From positions 3,782,001 to 3,846,000 of the forward strand of contig OZ316776.1 in NCBI GenBank assembly GCA_973851085.1: a stretch of 64,000 nt of DNA. The letters run 5' to 3'. The stretch comes from Ptychomitrium polyphyllum (lineage: Eukaryota). Below are positions 40,108 to 52,800 of the stretch, piece after piece; position 1 is the stretch's first letter; each line of letters begins with the position of its first letter. The notes under the pieces were generated by a model that searched no databases, was not told the origin of the DNA, and saw only the letters and a list, made by a program, of their open reading frames with translations. The position numbers and the translations under genes are program-made.

Positions 40108-41346
40108 GTTGCGCACTTCTCTTTGAGGAGTGCCCGCAACACTAAGGGCACAAGGAGGACCTCGGAGTGACATCCAAGATTTGTGGCGCCAATAGTGAAG
40201 TGACTTGAGTAGGCCTAGCATGGAAAGGATTCCGAGGGGGAGAAATATCCTTGCCCATGTAGTCCAAGGGCCACAAGGGATTAAATTGTAGGCATTAGAG
40301 TATTCACGACGAGTTGATTCTAGAATGTTAAAGATTGTTCAAATCGGACAAGGGAACTAAAAGATATGGTATCTCAAAGTTGGGGCTGCCAAGGGGCTGT
40401 TCTGAACTGTGGCAGCCCTAGACGGTGATTGTACCAGACAGGGATAGTACAGGGAGGGACTCACCAGGAGTTCCAAACCTTGGGAGAGGCATATCTCCCA
40501 GAATTATAAATCAAATTAAATGTTTAAGGAGTCTATCGGCATCTACGCAAAGAGTAGATGACGATAGAATGATTGCTTAATAGATTTGGACACCAAACGT
40601 GCAAGATATGACTTCCTAAAGGTCTACAGGAAGTCTTGGAGGCTTCCAACGGCTAAGTTCCAAGGGAGATCGGATGGTCTTCTAAAGTTTTGGTGTGTCG
40701 GGGTTTAGCCAGCTACAGAGGGCCTGCCAAATTCCACAGAGAGTACTATAGGGGAGGATTGGTCTCCCTTTCCACTCCCCTAGTGTTTTGGTAGGAACCA
40801 AGGGTGAGTCCTGGTTGGTGGAGCTAGTATTGGAGCTTCATTATGGGGACTCCCACACCATTGTGAGCCGGTGGATGACTGGTTTCACGAAGGAAATTAG
40901 TGAGATAAAAAAGGCACGCTTGTTACCATTAAGTAGGGGTGGTGTCTTCACACCAGCACCATGATGGCCCGAGATGATCTTAGGATTACATGGGGATCAT
41001 GAGTGGTGGTGAGGAGATACTACTAAATGCGGTTAGGCCATGTGGAATGGGAATAACACCAAGTGAGGCCTTGGATATGAATGAAAGTCCGCATCTAACC
41101 ATTGGCTACCAATTAATTGGATGTCCTAAGAGAAATGGTAGGGGGAATTGGAAACCAAGCTTGGGACTTAGAAAGTGAAAATGGGGGTTAACCATGTGCA
41201 TGTAGGGGTGTACAAAGTTGATGGGCGTGATGTTTGTTAACGTGCATTACAAGGGTTGCGATAGGTGAGTTGTGAGTCCTTGCGGTTGCAGCCTGCAAGC
41301 GCTTGTATAACATCTACAAATTGTGGGACGCCTTAGCAGGGCAACG
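40107..41346. mobile_element. Probable solo LTR (about 1.2 kb)
   Basis: Distinctly higher-GC non-coding block within AT-rich DNA. Starts TGTTGC and ends GCAACG, an imperfect terminal inverted repeat. Internal TATA-like tactatag near 40744. No clean TSD seen. Confidence 0.5.
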
Positions 41347-41520
41347 CTTTAAATTTTGAAGAATCTCCTCTAAAATTTGAAGCCCCCTTCTTTTGTCCAA
41401 TTAATTTTGGATGAGTTAGAATTTCAAAAAAAGCTTCAAATCTCAAATTGTATAATCCTAGAGATGGAAGTGAAGAGGAAGAAATGAGATATTTTGCAAT
41501 TTAGAAATTGCAAGTAGTAA

Positions 41521-41708
41521 TTCTTTATCAAGTGAACAAAAAAGAAATCCTTACATCACAAAGTCAAGTGGTTCTCATTCCATAAAAGAAAAATCCAAAA
41601 GTGCAAGAAGTAGAGAAAATCCTAAAGCTTTACTAAATGGTTATACCATCATTTTCAAATAAAACTAAAACACAAATTCTTTTGGAAACACACTCACAAA
41701 TCTTGACT
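41521..41708 (+). repeat. Diverged direct repeat of about 180 bp, copy 2
   Basis: Aligns by eye with 39925-40107. Confidence 0.75.
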
Positions 41709-42796
41709 TTGCAAAGAATGCTAACTAAGGAAGTTTTTCCACCTAATACCTCTTCCAAACTCTTATTAATACCAAATGGATGAAAACTTCTATAAAATCA
41801 ACTATATTACATTCATTTGACATGGCTTGGCACTCGATGCTACATCATGTGACAAAAAGAAGTAAATTACCTTAATTTGCAACACACTTTTAATGATACA
41901 ACTCAAGATTGGATGGCAAAAAGGAAAAATATTATAAAGAACATAAAAAATACTTCAATAAGATTGCATCCATATTAGATATTAAAAGATAGCAAATAAA
42001 AAAAATAAAAATAGAGCATTTGATGGGAATTAAGACATAACTTGCTACTTGCTAGTACCAAATGAACTTAATCATAAATTCACTTCTACATAGATAAGGC
42101 CCTTTGAAGTACAAAGAAAAATGCATTCATATCCATGTCATTTTGACATTCTATTGTCTTTCTAACTTAACTTCTTTTTCCATATTGAACCATGCCATGA
42201 CAAAGTTTCAATAGTATTTGTACAAATGTTCACCTTTCAAGCCACTTTGGTGCACAAAAAAATATTGTGGAACAAATAAAAGTTTTTAATTAGAAAAAAT
42301 ATAGTTGTCACAAAATACAATATAAAAAGATTATGATGGCTACATAATGAATAAAGCTAATGGACTTCAAAGAAATATTGTAAACATAGAAAAATATGAC
42401 TTAATTTAAAAACATAAATTCTTTATGAAAATTATAAACAAAGGCATCATGATTGATAATACAAGGCATCTATTTTGTAAATTCTTCAAAAAGGAGGGAA
42501 AGTCAACCAAGAAATTGAACCCACAGCACAAGAGGAGCAAGTGGTAGTGGATTTTGAAGTTCAATAGGAGGAAACAAAATAATAACCTTCAAAAATAGAT
42601 ATGGAAAATTACAAGGCTTGCCTCTACATTATTAAGTAAGGAAGTGAAAAAGCCAAGGAAAAGAAAAGGAATTGGGTAATGCAAAACATGAATGCCATAG
42701 CAGTGGAACTCTTGAAAGAGAGTCTTACTATTCGTCAAGTAATGTAATGGCCTCTATATCCACTGTATGGTAGGCTCGACCCTGATCTCCGCTCCC

Positions 42797-43838
42797 TTAC
42801 TGCAAGAGCTGAGCGGCATCCCAGTTCAGCTGCAGGCACTTCTGGAACCCAGGCCGAGCAGTGATGCGAGTAGCATAAGCCTTGACATGAGGCCGAGGCT
42901 CCAGCACCTCCGCCTTGTGTTCCTGTATCTGCCAAATGTAAGGTGTATGGCAGAGATCCGCAAACGTGAACTCATCACCAGTTAAGTACTTCATCCCGTT
43001 GCAGCTCAGATGGGCTTCGTAAACATCCAACACCTTGCACAGCTCCCCAGTGCAGTTGAAGACGAGCTTCTCATCCACGGGTCGGTTCGTGGCCCTAGCA
43101 ACGTAAACCTCCTTAAACAGAGGCCGCAGGGGCGGATAGAAGTTGTGCGCTTCGGATTCCACCCACTGGTTGATGGCCGCTCTTTCTTTCAGTGTCTTGC
43201 CCAGGAGAGGGGTGCCTTGGCCGTCGTACTTCTCGGCTATGTATCTGGCTATGGCTCGCGACTCTGGCAAAAGGTTGTGAAACGAACGTTAGCGCTGACG
43301 TCATGTCTGGTGATGGAAGTGGAATGGTTTAGAGATGGGTTATGCGCTCACCGAAGATGGAGACGTCGCCATCCTCGAAGAACGGGATTTGTGCAAAAGG
43401 CTGTATGTGAAGCACAGGCAGCCAGGGGGGTTTCTGTGAGCAGGCCGTGATAAGATGAACGAAACTCTAGGAGCAAGTGATCTGCAGCAAGGATGAAGGC
43501 TCATTGGCGGGTGGAAACCTCACCTGCTTCGCCAAGTAGATGGGCTGCAGTTGGTCTTTGCTGAATAGGCTCACTTTTACCAGCTCCAGTTCCTTCTGAG
43601 TGTCTACCTGCGAAAGAAGGGCATGCTTGTGGTGAGTGGTCAGAGCAGCTGAATTGCAATAACTCATCTTGGCGGTGTTGTCCCACAAGGAACTCGTCAA
43701 CAGTTTGCAAGAACGAATCCAACATAGAACCCGGTCACAGCGAGCCGTAGCAGCGGTTCATACCTCAGCCTCGAAGAGCGGAAGAATGGCACGCTGCACG
43801 TTAAAAATGTTCTGCATGCCGTACAACTTCATCACCAT
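42797..43838 (-). CDS. GSTF: Phi-class glutathione S-transferase, 224 aa, 4 exons
   Basis: Exons 43838-43764, 43607-43524, 43400-43352 (49 nt, typical of phi GSTs), 43263-42797 (675 nt). Motifs MKLYG, QPFAQIPFFEDGD, FESRAIARYIAEKY, LLGKTLKERA, VLDVYEAHLS, YLTGDEFTFADLCH. Confidence 0.95.
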
Positions 43839-44673
43839 GGCTGCTTGCTTCCTGAGTGATGCCTCGCCTAACCCTGGTAACAGATTCGTTGAAGCCGAAA
43901 TAGAGAGGATCTGGCTGTCGCAATTAAGAGATACGTTGCTTCACCCTACGACGCCTGGAGCTTCAATGTGCACACACCCTAACGATAATAATGCATTCAC
44001 TCCAGGTTGACGTTACTTATAAGTACCCAGTTTGCCCACTGGTAGGTTCCCTACTTTGCCACTGCGGAAGGTGTTCGTTCCTCGACGGAACGAGTGCAAA
44101 ACTTGAGAAGCACGTGTCACTAGAAGCAGCGCTAAGGCGGATCAAACCCGGGCTCAATCTTATCCAGAAAGTGGATGGCAGAGCCAATATATCAACTTAG
44201 AAGTCCATGACTGGGCTGGTGAGTGGATATATGGACTACACAAGTACAGTACGAGACACTAGCTCGTGCTGTAGTACAACTGTAGAAACGAAGACCCCCA
44301 AACAGACAGGGATAGCTGATCAAGGCAATGACGCCAGGCGGCAGCAGACGCAGGTTCCTGGGTGCTGGGCATGCACGTAAAAGGAAGGAGATCTGCACAA
44401 CAACCTCTCCCACAATCGATCCTGCAGGGTCTCTGAATGTCTGGTCCAATTGATCAAAAACAAATCTAAAGGCACGTGTATTTGACTGGACGGAACGAAA
44501 ATATCCAGGAAAGAAGGTAGTCTCAAATGATTTCTGGCTTGCAACAACCGCTTACATGTTGGCGAGAATTGCACATTTTGAGATGAATAGATTAGTTAAA
44601 AAAGAGTCAATATTTCTCCACAACAACCAGCTGAACAACTTTGCTCAGCAACATTGCCCTCACCAGCCGGTTC

Positions 44674-47215
44674 TCATTGCTCCAGAATGCCTTTCACGTA
44701 GACCATGCCTTTCTCCATAAAGCCAAGTTCTCTGCGCATTCGGTCGATCTGCTCATCGTCTCCCTGAACAATAATTTCGCTTGAAGTTTCATCATCTGCT
44801 ACTACAATTTTCACCTGAATCTGCTCTGTTCTCGTTGCCTTCCTCCAATAGTACACTCCTCTGCAACCCACAAAGGTTTTATGTTAGATGACGTACCTGT
44901 ATGGATACTAACACATTGTCATTACACTACTCCAATCTCGGGAATATGTGACAGGCTAAGGCTTTTACTGTGCAGTCGAACTGCTTTAACGTGCTAACCT
45001 TCCTCAAGGTACTCTGGACCCGGTTGAATATCTGACAGGCTATAGACTACCAACCGTAGCTGGAAATCATTTACACTGACGGAAAAGCTTCGAGCACCAC
45101 TACTTACATTGTTCTCTCGGACTAATTTTTCCATACTACATACTGTCCTCAATGATGCACCCAAAAACCATGATAGTCAAAACATGAGATATTATCCTCT
45201 ATTTCAGTCCATTGACGCTCTACTCACCATGTAATCAAATCATGTAGGGTTTCAGTTTTCGCTCTGGCTGATAAACTTTGTAATACTCTAACGTGGTCTA
45301 TTGATCTAGTGATGCTACATCTCACAAATTGATGAGAATTTCACACAAGTTTTATATAAAACAGATGTAAAGAAAGGTGAGGCATTACGCAAGGGGGCTG
45401 AGCAGAGTGATATAATATGCATTTGATCCAATGTCTTGATTGGCAATCGAGAGGACAAGGCCAGCACTGCCTAAGCTTACGAACGTGCAGAAAGTCAGAA
45501 AAGCTGCTTGGCCTCGGCTTGCAGTCATTACTCCTTCGAACCTGCATACAACAGCCATTTCACCTCAAATTTCATAATAATGCAGCTTATGCAAGGGATT
45601 GTATCTCTGTTTACTTGAATTCCCACTTTGCAACAGATCTCAAACATTATATAAACAACAGTCACCTCGATTGCCCCTCGATAGACTTTTCAAGAATTAA
45701 TGTTTTCCACAGCTTAGTAGAAGCGCTGCCTGTATAACTACGCCATTCCTCTTCTCCACATACATTTGCACCAGTTCGTTTGGGTCTTGACAATCCTTTG
45801 TAGCACTTCAACTGCCGTTGTCATTAACAGTCATCTCTATTGTAGAGAGACAGAAGGAACAATATTTCAAATTATTCTCCAAGAAATTACCATGTGCGTT
45901 CTCTTATTATGTTTGTAGTCTGCAAATTTAAGTTATTTTTGGGTGACTACCTTTCCTCAACATTTGAGACCTAAACATGTGCGAGATTTCTGTCACCCCT
46001 CAAAGCAACAACTTCAGTGAGTAATGCACTTACGTGACAACATCACTTCTGTCCTTCACTTTGAAATTGTTGCGAGTGAAAAAGGAAGTTACTTCCGCTG
46101 CTATTTGCTTTGGTGCTTTCCCTCCAGCTGTTGGGCCTGCCATGTTAAAAGTTTTCTTCACGATCTGAAAACAAAAGAATGACGTCAGCGGCAATCCTTC
46201 ATGACAACGTTGCCAAAAGCAACAGTCGGACCAACAAGTCGCCACCGCAGAGAAATTATTGGCACAGCATTGCAACTTCCTTTTACCCGACCTACACAAT
46301 AAGAATGTGACATGTGAATTTTGACCCAAAATTGTGCCCAGCGAGACTTTTTAACTGAAAATTCTTGAAAAACTCATGGGTGAACATAATTTTAAAACAC
46401 GTTTCATATCATGATCTATGGCAGATTTTGGTTATGCTACATACACTCATCTTAGTGCAGGAGAAGATAATGACAACCACTAAATATCAATATTTTCTTC
46501 ATTATTTCCCCAAGCTGCACAATATCAGACGCTCATATTGAGAGGATCCGATGACTATAAAATCCTCTGCAGCTTGTAAACTCTCCAACTGTGTTTCTAA
46601 GTTTGTTTGATGATAAGAAGGCGTGACCTAGTATCAGACAAGCGTGACCGGGAGGGAAGGAAGATCAATTGAAACAAGACGCAAAATAGCAAGTGAAATG
46701 ATATTCAAAAGTTCGTAGATGCACCAGACAATAGAACCACAAAAAGGAGAAAGAAAACAGCCACAAACCTTGGATTTCGTGGCCCGCTTGACCAGTGACC
46801 ACACACCAGGCAACGATAACAGAAAGAGACCCAGCGTGGTGTTGTAACTCGCTTGAGAATACCCCGTCACATCGGCCAAAATCATCAACGGCGCAACACT
46901 GTAGAGCGCCGAGGGCACTCCGGCGCTACTCGCGCCAGCTGAAACGCCAACATCCCTGCTCTCCGCCTCATCACCAATCCCTCGTGACCTCTCCTCCGAA
47001 GCATCACCTTGGTGGGCCGCCTCGCCTATCTCTACTCGCATTTCGACTATTCTTCGAGTCTCACACTCCAGTCGTAGACCCTTGTATTCGCTCTTAAGAC
47101 CAAAAACTCCAAATTTCAGTGCACACTGCGAGTGCTTGCGCGGTGCAGATTGGCAGAGCGACGGAGATGGCAGAGCCGAGCTTCTGCCGCTTGCCACTGC
47201 CTGCATTGTGTTCAT
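44674..47215 (-). CDS. CCB1: Cofactor assembly of complex C subunit B 1 (cytochrome b6 heme ci attachment), chloroplastic, about 305 aa, 4 exons
   Basis: Exons 47215-46769, 46164-46034, 45541-45389, 44860-44674 (918 nt). Motifs ASYNTTLGLFLLSLPGVWSLVKRATKSKIVKKTF, FFTRNNF, FEGVMTASRGQAAFLTFCT, YYWRKATRTEQI, MEKGMVYVKGI. The start could be the second Met at 47206. Confidence 0.93.
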
Positions 47216-48403
47216 TGCGTCCAAACAAATCAACCTGCAATCCTCAATCTCCAACACTCCTCTTGCAAGGAAATCCCACAAATCTGTTTGGGGCCTCTTC
47301 AGATTGTTATATTCCGAAGTAGAGGTGGTGGTCAGGAACTGATAGAGCGGCAAGTTTGCATCTTGTCTATCTGCAACAAAAGGCGAGTCACGGGTGGGCT
47401 TGTGTCGTCCGATCGCTTATAAAGCGACCAGTGCCGTCAGATCACCCACTGAGGCGTTGGGACGGCGTGCAGTCACCACACTCCGTTGGTGTGCTGCCAT
47501 TTCATTTTGTCATCCACGACAGTCATAAACAGTTTCACTACTTGGCTACACCCACTTATATCAAAGAATATCTTGCCATGGAGCCTGAACATGAAACGAA
47601 ACATCGAACTCCTCTGAATGTCTGAAGAAACGAATTTACAGACTGACTAGAGTTTCAAATCGTACAGAAAGGGTTCACATGCAAAGACAAGAAACGATAC
47701 TAAGACAAAAATACACGGCAGATGACAATAGAAATACCAAATTTTTATGGCCACTGAATCCCAACTGCTGATCTGCTACCCTATGAGGTTTCTAGAAAAA
47801 TAGCCACATGGAAAACGAGTATTATTTCACAATCTCTTGTTCAAATTCTGTACCACAACTTCCTACAAAATATGTGAAAGTCACGAAGCCTCCAACAAGA
47901 TATACAAACGTAGCAACGGATGATTCCAGAAAGCACCAACATCGACATGTGCAGAGGTCTGACGATAAACTTTCGTAACGAATGAGTAGCACAAAATGGT
48001 ATGATCAGAGCTAAGTAAAAAATTGCCTCGAACTTCCATATCCCTCTTTTCATTGTGATTCTGCTCATACGCACTTCGATGAGGGATTTGAGAGAGCACT
48101 ACGGATTCTAACATTTGCCGCAGCAGACTGCTGCACATCGAAGTCGTATGATCATATGGCCAAACTGGTGCTGATGGTGAAGATACCACCAGGGACTGCG
48201 GCGATCGAATCCGAGGGAGGAGCTGCTTCACGTATCGAAGAATAACCTAAAGCCTAATGCAGCTCTCAACCCACAAAGACATCCCCCTGAATTCTAAATA
48301 TCTCATATGGGTGCGACGAACTACACCTTAACCTCATTTCGTAAACAACTATTACTTGGTAAAAGTGTGAATCAATCATCGTAACTAAGCGCAAGTTAAG
48401 CAT

Positions 48404-49624
48404 CTAAGAAGAAACGCTTGCAGTCCAAACTTCGTCTTCAGCCTTACTCTTGCTCCCTGAACCCTTTGCAAAATCTTCGTTCACATTCACGGGCACGTTG
48501 ATACCAGACTGGATCAAACTCTCAGACACAATCATCACTTTCTTCTTCAAGTCCTCCAAGAACGACTCCTTTCCTTCCTCTTCCACCTTTGCTCCGACTT
48601 GTAGAGGCCAAACCTTCACCATAATCTGAAGGTAAATGCCGCGCTTCTCAGCATCCTTACAGTGATCAATAATCATCCTAGCAGCTTCTTCAGATTTCTC
48701 ATCGAGCACTAACGCTTTAGCCAAAGCGAAAGCACTCGCCGTGGTATGTTCCATCCCCTGTTCTTCCCTCCACTGCTGTAGCTCGTGCACTGTCTTTACA
48801 TCACCAACGTTGGCAGCGGTTGCAATAAGCATGTCGAAAAGAGGTTTCTTCAGAGCAACTCCATTGACGCGCATTTCTCTTGCCATTTGAAACAAAAGCT
48901 CTGTATTACCTGCATCCTTGCAAGTGCGAACGATCAATTCAGCTGAGACAGGGGTAGGAATAACCTCACTCGCAACCATTGTCCTCAACACTTTCAGCAT
49001 AAGCTTCGTGTCTTTCTGTCCCAAAGCGTGCTTGAAAAGAAAATGCGCTTGATCCAAAGAAGGCGTAAATCCATAAATATTTCTCTTCATCAAAGTCGGC
49101 AGCGCAGCCTGTGGATCCCCTGACCGTACGCACGCCTCCGCCATCAGCTGGGCAATATGCTTGCTGAAATTCTTCTTCTGCTGACCCTGCACAGCCTTCA
49201 GCCTCCTCAACCGGTCAACAGCGTCAAACGCCAACTTCACATCCGCAGGGGTAGCACAACTCTGCAGCAAAGAAGGCAGCAACAAAGCCTCCGGCGTGCG
49301 CTTCTGACGAATCGAGTCGCTCAATTCCTTGTAAACCCTCTCCACCTCCGGGCTCCCCGCCTCAACTGCTCCCTCATCTGCCACTGCTGCCTCAGAGTAA
49401 ACCCTAAGAAAATCTTGCCGCGACCAGGTGGAGCTAGCTACCGAATGTGGTGAGATGCAGTGAGACATCCACGAATTGCCCGCCCTGTACTCCCGCACAT
49501 CCCCAAAACCTTGAGGAACCACAGCAAGCGCCCTCTCATTGAGCCCCAACGAAACGCAAGTGGAAGAGGAAAGAGAATTGCACCACCTCCACAGTACAAT
49601 ACTTGCACTTCGTGTACCCCGCAT
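48404..49624 (-). CDS. Mitochondrial PPR-like helical-repeat protein, 406 aa, single exon; possibly the plant mitoribosomal mS83/rPPR10 family
   Basis: Uninterrupted ORF with an Arg/Ser-rich presequence-like N-terminus and degenerate ~35-aa helical repeats (MAEACVRSGD, NIYGFTPSLDQAHFLF, LFDMLIATAANVGD). The family call is from memory and tentative. Confidence 0.8.
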   Translation of the reverse strand: MRGTRSASIVLWRWCNSLSSSTCVSLGLNERALAVVPQGFGDVREYRAGNSWMSHCISPHSVASSTWSRQDFLRVYSEAAVADEGAVEAGSPEVERVYKELSDSIRQKRTPEALLLPSLLQSCATPADVKLAFDAVDRLRRLKAVQGQQKKNFSKHIAQLMAEACVRSGDPQAALPTLMKRNIYGFTPSLDQAHFLFKHALGQKDTKLMLKVLRTMVASEVIPTPVSAELIVRTCKDAGNTELLFQMAREMRVNGVALKKPLFDMLIATAANVGDVKTVHELQQWREEQGMEHTTASAFALAKALVLDEKSEEAARMIIDHCKDAEKRGIYLQIMVKVWPLQVGAKVEEEGKESFLEDLKKKVMIVSESLIQSGINVPVNVNEDFAKGSGSKSKAEDEVWTASVSS

Positions 49625-49815
49625 CGCGATCACGGGTGAAAACTCTCAACCTCTTCGACCTCTCTCGCAAGGTAGGTCACGCTCACAACCCAATCGTGTT
49701 CTCGAGCATCACGACTCACACACGCATCGGCAGCGTGAATGCGCGCAATTACGAGCACTGCTGCTGTCGATCCACCGATCTCTGCAACCGAACTCTTCAC
49801 TCTCTCGCATCCCCT

Positions 49816-49824
49816 AAACCCTAA
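49816..49824. promoter_or_regulatory. Telo-box AAACCCTAA about 190 bp upstream of the PPR-like CDS
   Basis: cccctaaaccctaaaa at 49811-49826. Telo-boxes are common near plant translation-machinery genes. Confidence 0.45.
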
Positions 49825-52800
49825 AAGCCAAAGCCCTACAGGATGAATGCATTTTGGTTCACAATGGAAACGCGGCTCTACGTCCACGAATATTTTAATT
49901 CTCATCCGGGTTTGTGCAGAACTGTGTCAGTGTGGCAGATGTTATTTTTTTCTTTTGCAATTCTTGTACTGACATTTGATTTTGAGTCAGTTGGAGACAG
50001 GCTGCGGTTTCAAGTTGCATACGGCAATGAAATTCCGATGCTGTTTTTTCAACTTGTAAAATCACGTGACCAGTAACTTTCAAGGTTCCATTGTTGTCAA
50101 CATTTCTGGTTCATGTCACTTTAACTCTTCCTGCCATTTGGACAGCAACTCCTTTTCATTGAAATCCAGAACAGAATTCTGGTAGATTACCTTGTGAACA
50201 TTGTGTGGGGATCTGTTTGGAGACGAACTAGATTGAAACCGCCAACACCGCTGCACAGAAACCTGAAACTCAAATTACAAGGGTTTTCTTCACGCAGGAG
50301 ATTGCACATTTGGTGGAATTGGATTTCAGTGAGTCTTCCGACGACGGGACACCCTGCAAGTACTGTGGAGAAAGCTAAAATCTTTACCAATTGCATTGTT
50401 TCTCCCTTTCCTGTGCATGATTAGTATCGAAGTCCCTTGCTTTTCACGACATGTTAATTTCATTATACGAGCCCACAAACGACGCCTTTCCTACGCTATA
50501 TCTAACTTGTATGGACATGTCTTCTTAAAGTTAGGCAGCTGAATATGAATACTGATGTGCATGTGACATTTTTCAGGCGAAGATGACCAAATCTGAAGAC
50601 CTTTACCTATGCCTAGTAGTGGCTTTGAATAAGAAGGCGGACAGCCATTATGAGACGACGAAAATGAGAGCATGCATGAAGGAAGAAAGAGCACGGCTGG
50701 ACCTTCGTAAATGGACTTCCGGGAGGCCCCTGCTTCCCTTTGAGATCCTACTTTTCTTTGAGCTATCACATGGGCTGGAGCATTGTGGATGATTATATTC
50801 CAACAGACATGGCAAAGAGACTATGGTAGTCAAATTGTGGACGTTGAACACAGGTTCATAGTGAGAAACCTTTATTTGTAGAAGGTTCTTTTATGTATAA
50901 ACCAGAATTATTTCATTCTGAAGTTTTGTTCTTAATTTGGATTCAGGTCTTGACTACACTACAAAACCTGTCGAAAAAGGGGATACGGAAACTGGGTATG
51001 GATACGCTCCTTGCATAGCCTGAGGCCCTCATCTTGGCCAGTCTTCTCTGCCACCTAGTGGATACATTCTAGAATCAAACATGGATGCATCCAGGATAAG
51101 CCGCACACGCATCTCCAGCGAGTTTCATCGTTCATGAATAAGTTGCAGACCCAAAGAATCGGCAAGTGAAAATTTTCGGTACATCAAAATAACCTAATGG
51201 AGCTACAATTGTAAGCTTCCAAATATCTAACTGGTAGTAAGGTATGACATACGTGACCACATTGCATTCTGCTTGTGCATAAGCCCTAACACCACGATAA
51301 CTCTACATATTACCTATTCTTCCTCCAGACTTCCGCCTCCAGGTGCATCTTCGTTGAAGATTATCCAATGGTGACGTTAATCACATTCCCATGTTTCCCT
51401 AAACGAATTACAACACCCTACAGAGAATTGTTCATTACAGAACCTCGTGAGCAGGAAATCTATTTTTGAGTGTTTTCAAGCTTAGCTTGGATGCACATTT
51501 TTTCCAAATTCGTGCATTACGTCCAAAAGTAGTGTAGGACACTTCTCCAGTCTGATTAGAAGCCAGGTGAGGTGTCCAGGAAATAAGTGGGGAGTGATTA
51601 ATGTCCCATTTTATAATCCCAGACAACTGAGAATAGGAGCAATCGTGTTGCATGAACAGAAAATCAAGTGGCACATCAAATTCTGTGGAAAGAATTGGCA
51701 TATTCAATCTTGATCTAGTGTCATGCCCTCAAGAAATGAATTGTTGCTTTTTGCTATCCAGCCTGTTGCCGTTTCCTGACAAACATTGGCACCGGCCTAC
51801 GATGAGGCTACCAATATCTCCAGTCGTCTGCGGCCTCACATGCTGGAGTTCTTTGACCTTAGTTAGTTTCACAGACTATTAGCATTTGTGGATTTTTGTT
51901 GGATTTTGTGTCTGCAGATTGCGCTTACGAGGAAGCGCCCTTGGACCACAGCAGCTTTACAGGGCTAGCTGCAACATCCCCTTGCATCTACTGACGAGCG
52001 AGGGACGGCGATCTTTCCTTCGTGCGGTCCCTTCTAAGTACTTGGGGCTCTCTTACCGAAATCTGCTTCCAGTTGCCCCCTAATCCGAAGCCTTTATATC
52101 CCATTGCAATACATGCGAGTTAGAACTCCCTAATCAATGGACCTCAACCTAGGCTGACTACTGTTAGCCCCAACGTCGTCAAAATTATATAAATTCAAAC
52201 ATTTTCAGGAGGCAAAATCAGTAGCTTTTCCAGAAATGCTACTGGTCCCACTGATACAGGTATTTGAGCCGTTTGCTTGACTGCAGCTCATGGAGTCTGG
52301 AGAGGATTAGCATTTCGATCAACGGGAATTAGCGCTCACCAGGTTTAGGGTACCCGGTTCTGTAACCGGAGTCCAGATGCGATCATGATCAATGCATGAT
52401 GATAGATAGCACTCTGAAAACAACTGGGGCAAAAACATCTGGAATGACAACCGTTCATTGAAGATAGTTACTTGATTTAATCTTGACAATATTCTGATTG
52501 ATGACATGATCCACATACGTCCTATCTGCCTCAAGGTTAGAAGGAGGACCAAATTGTGATTATGGAGGTCTTCAGTTTCATCCTGAGTACGCACAGAGTG
52601 ATTTTCCATGTTTGGAGAAGGCTGAAGCTTGCTAAGAGGTCTTTTGAGTCCCTATGTTATGGGATTTAGAATGAATGGCCCAGTTAGAGTCAATCCAAAT
52701 TACAACATCGGTAAGCTGGATTTTCTTGGAATTATGCTAAAAGCTACACACTGCTGTATCGGGGGAAGTCAATCTGTGCGGATTGCAGGTGAATTATTAC

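Noticed and set aside
44008..44027. TGACGT upstream of the GST as an as-1/ocs element
   Set aside because: Only one half-site, with no second TGACG at the required spacing.
47216..47353. 46-codon N-terminal extension of CCB1 in the ORF track
   Set aside because: Starts at TTG; the transit-peptide-like sequence begins at the ATG at 47215 or 47206.
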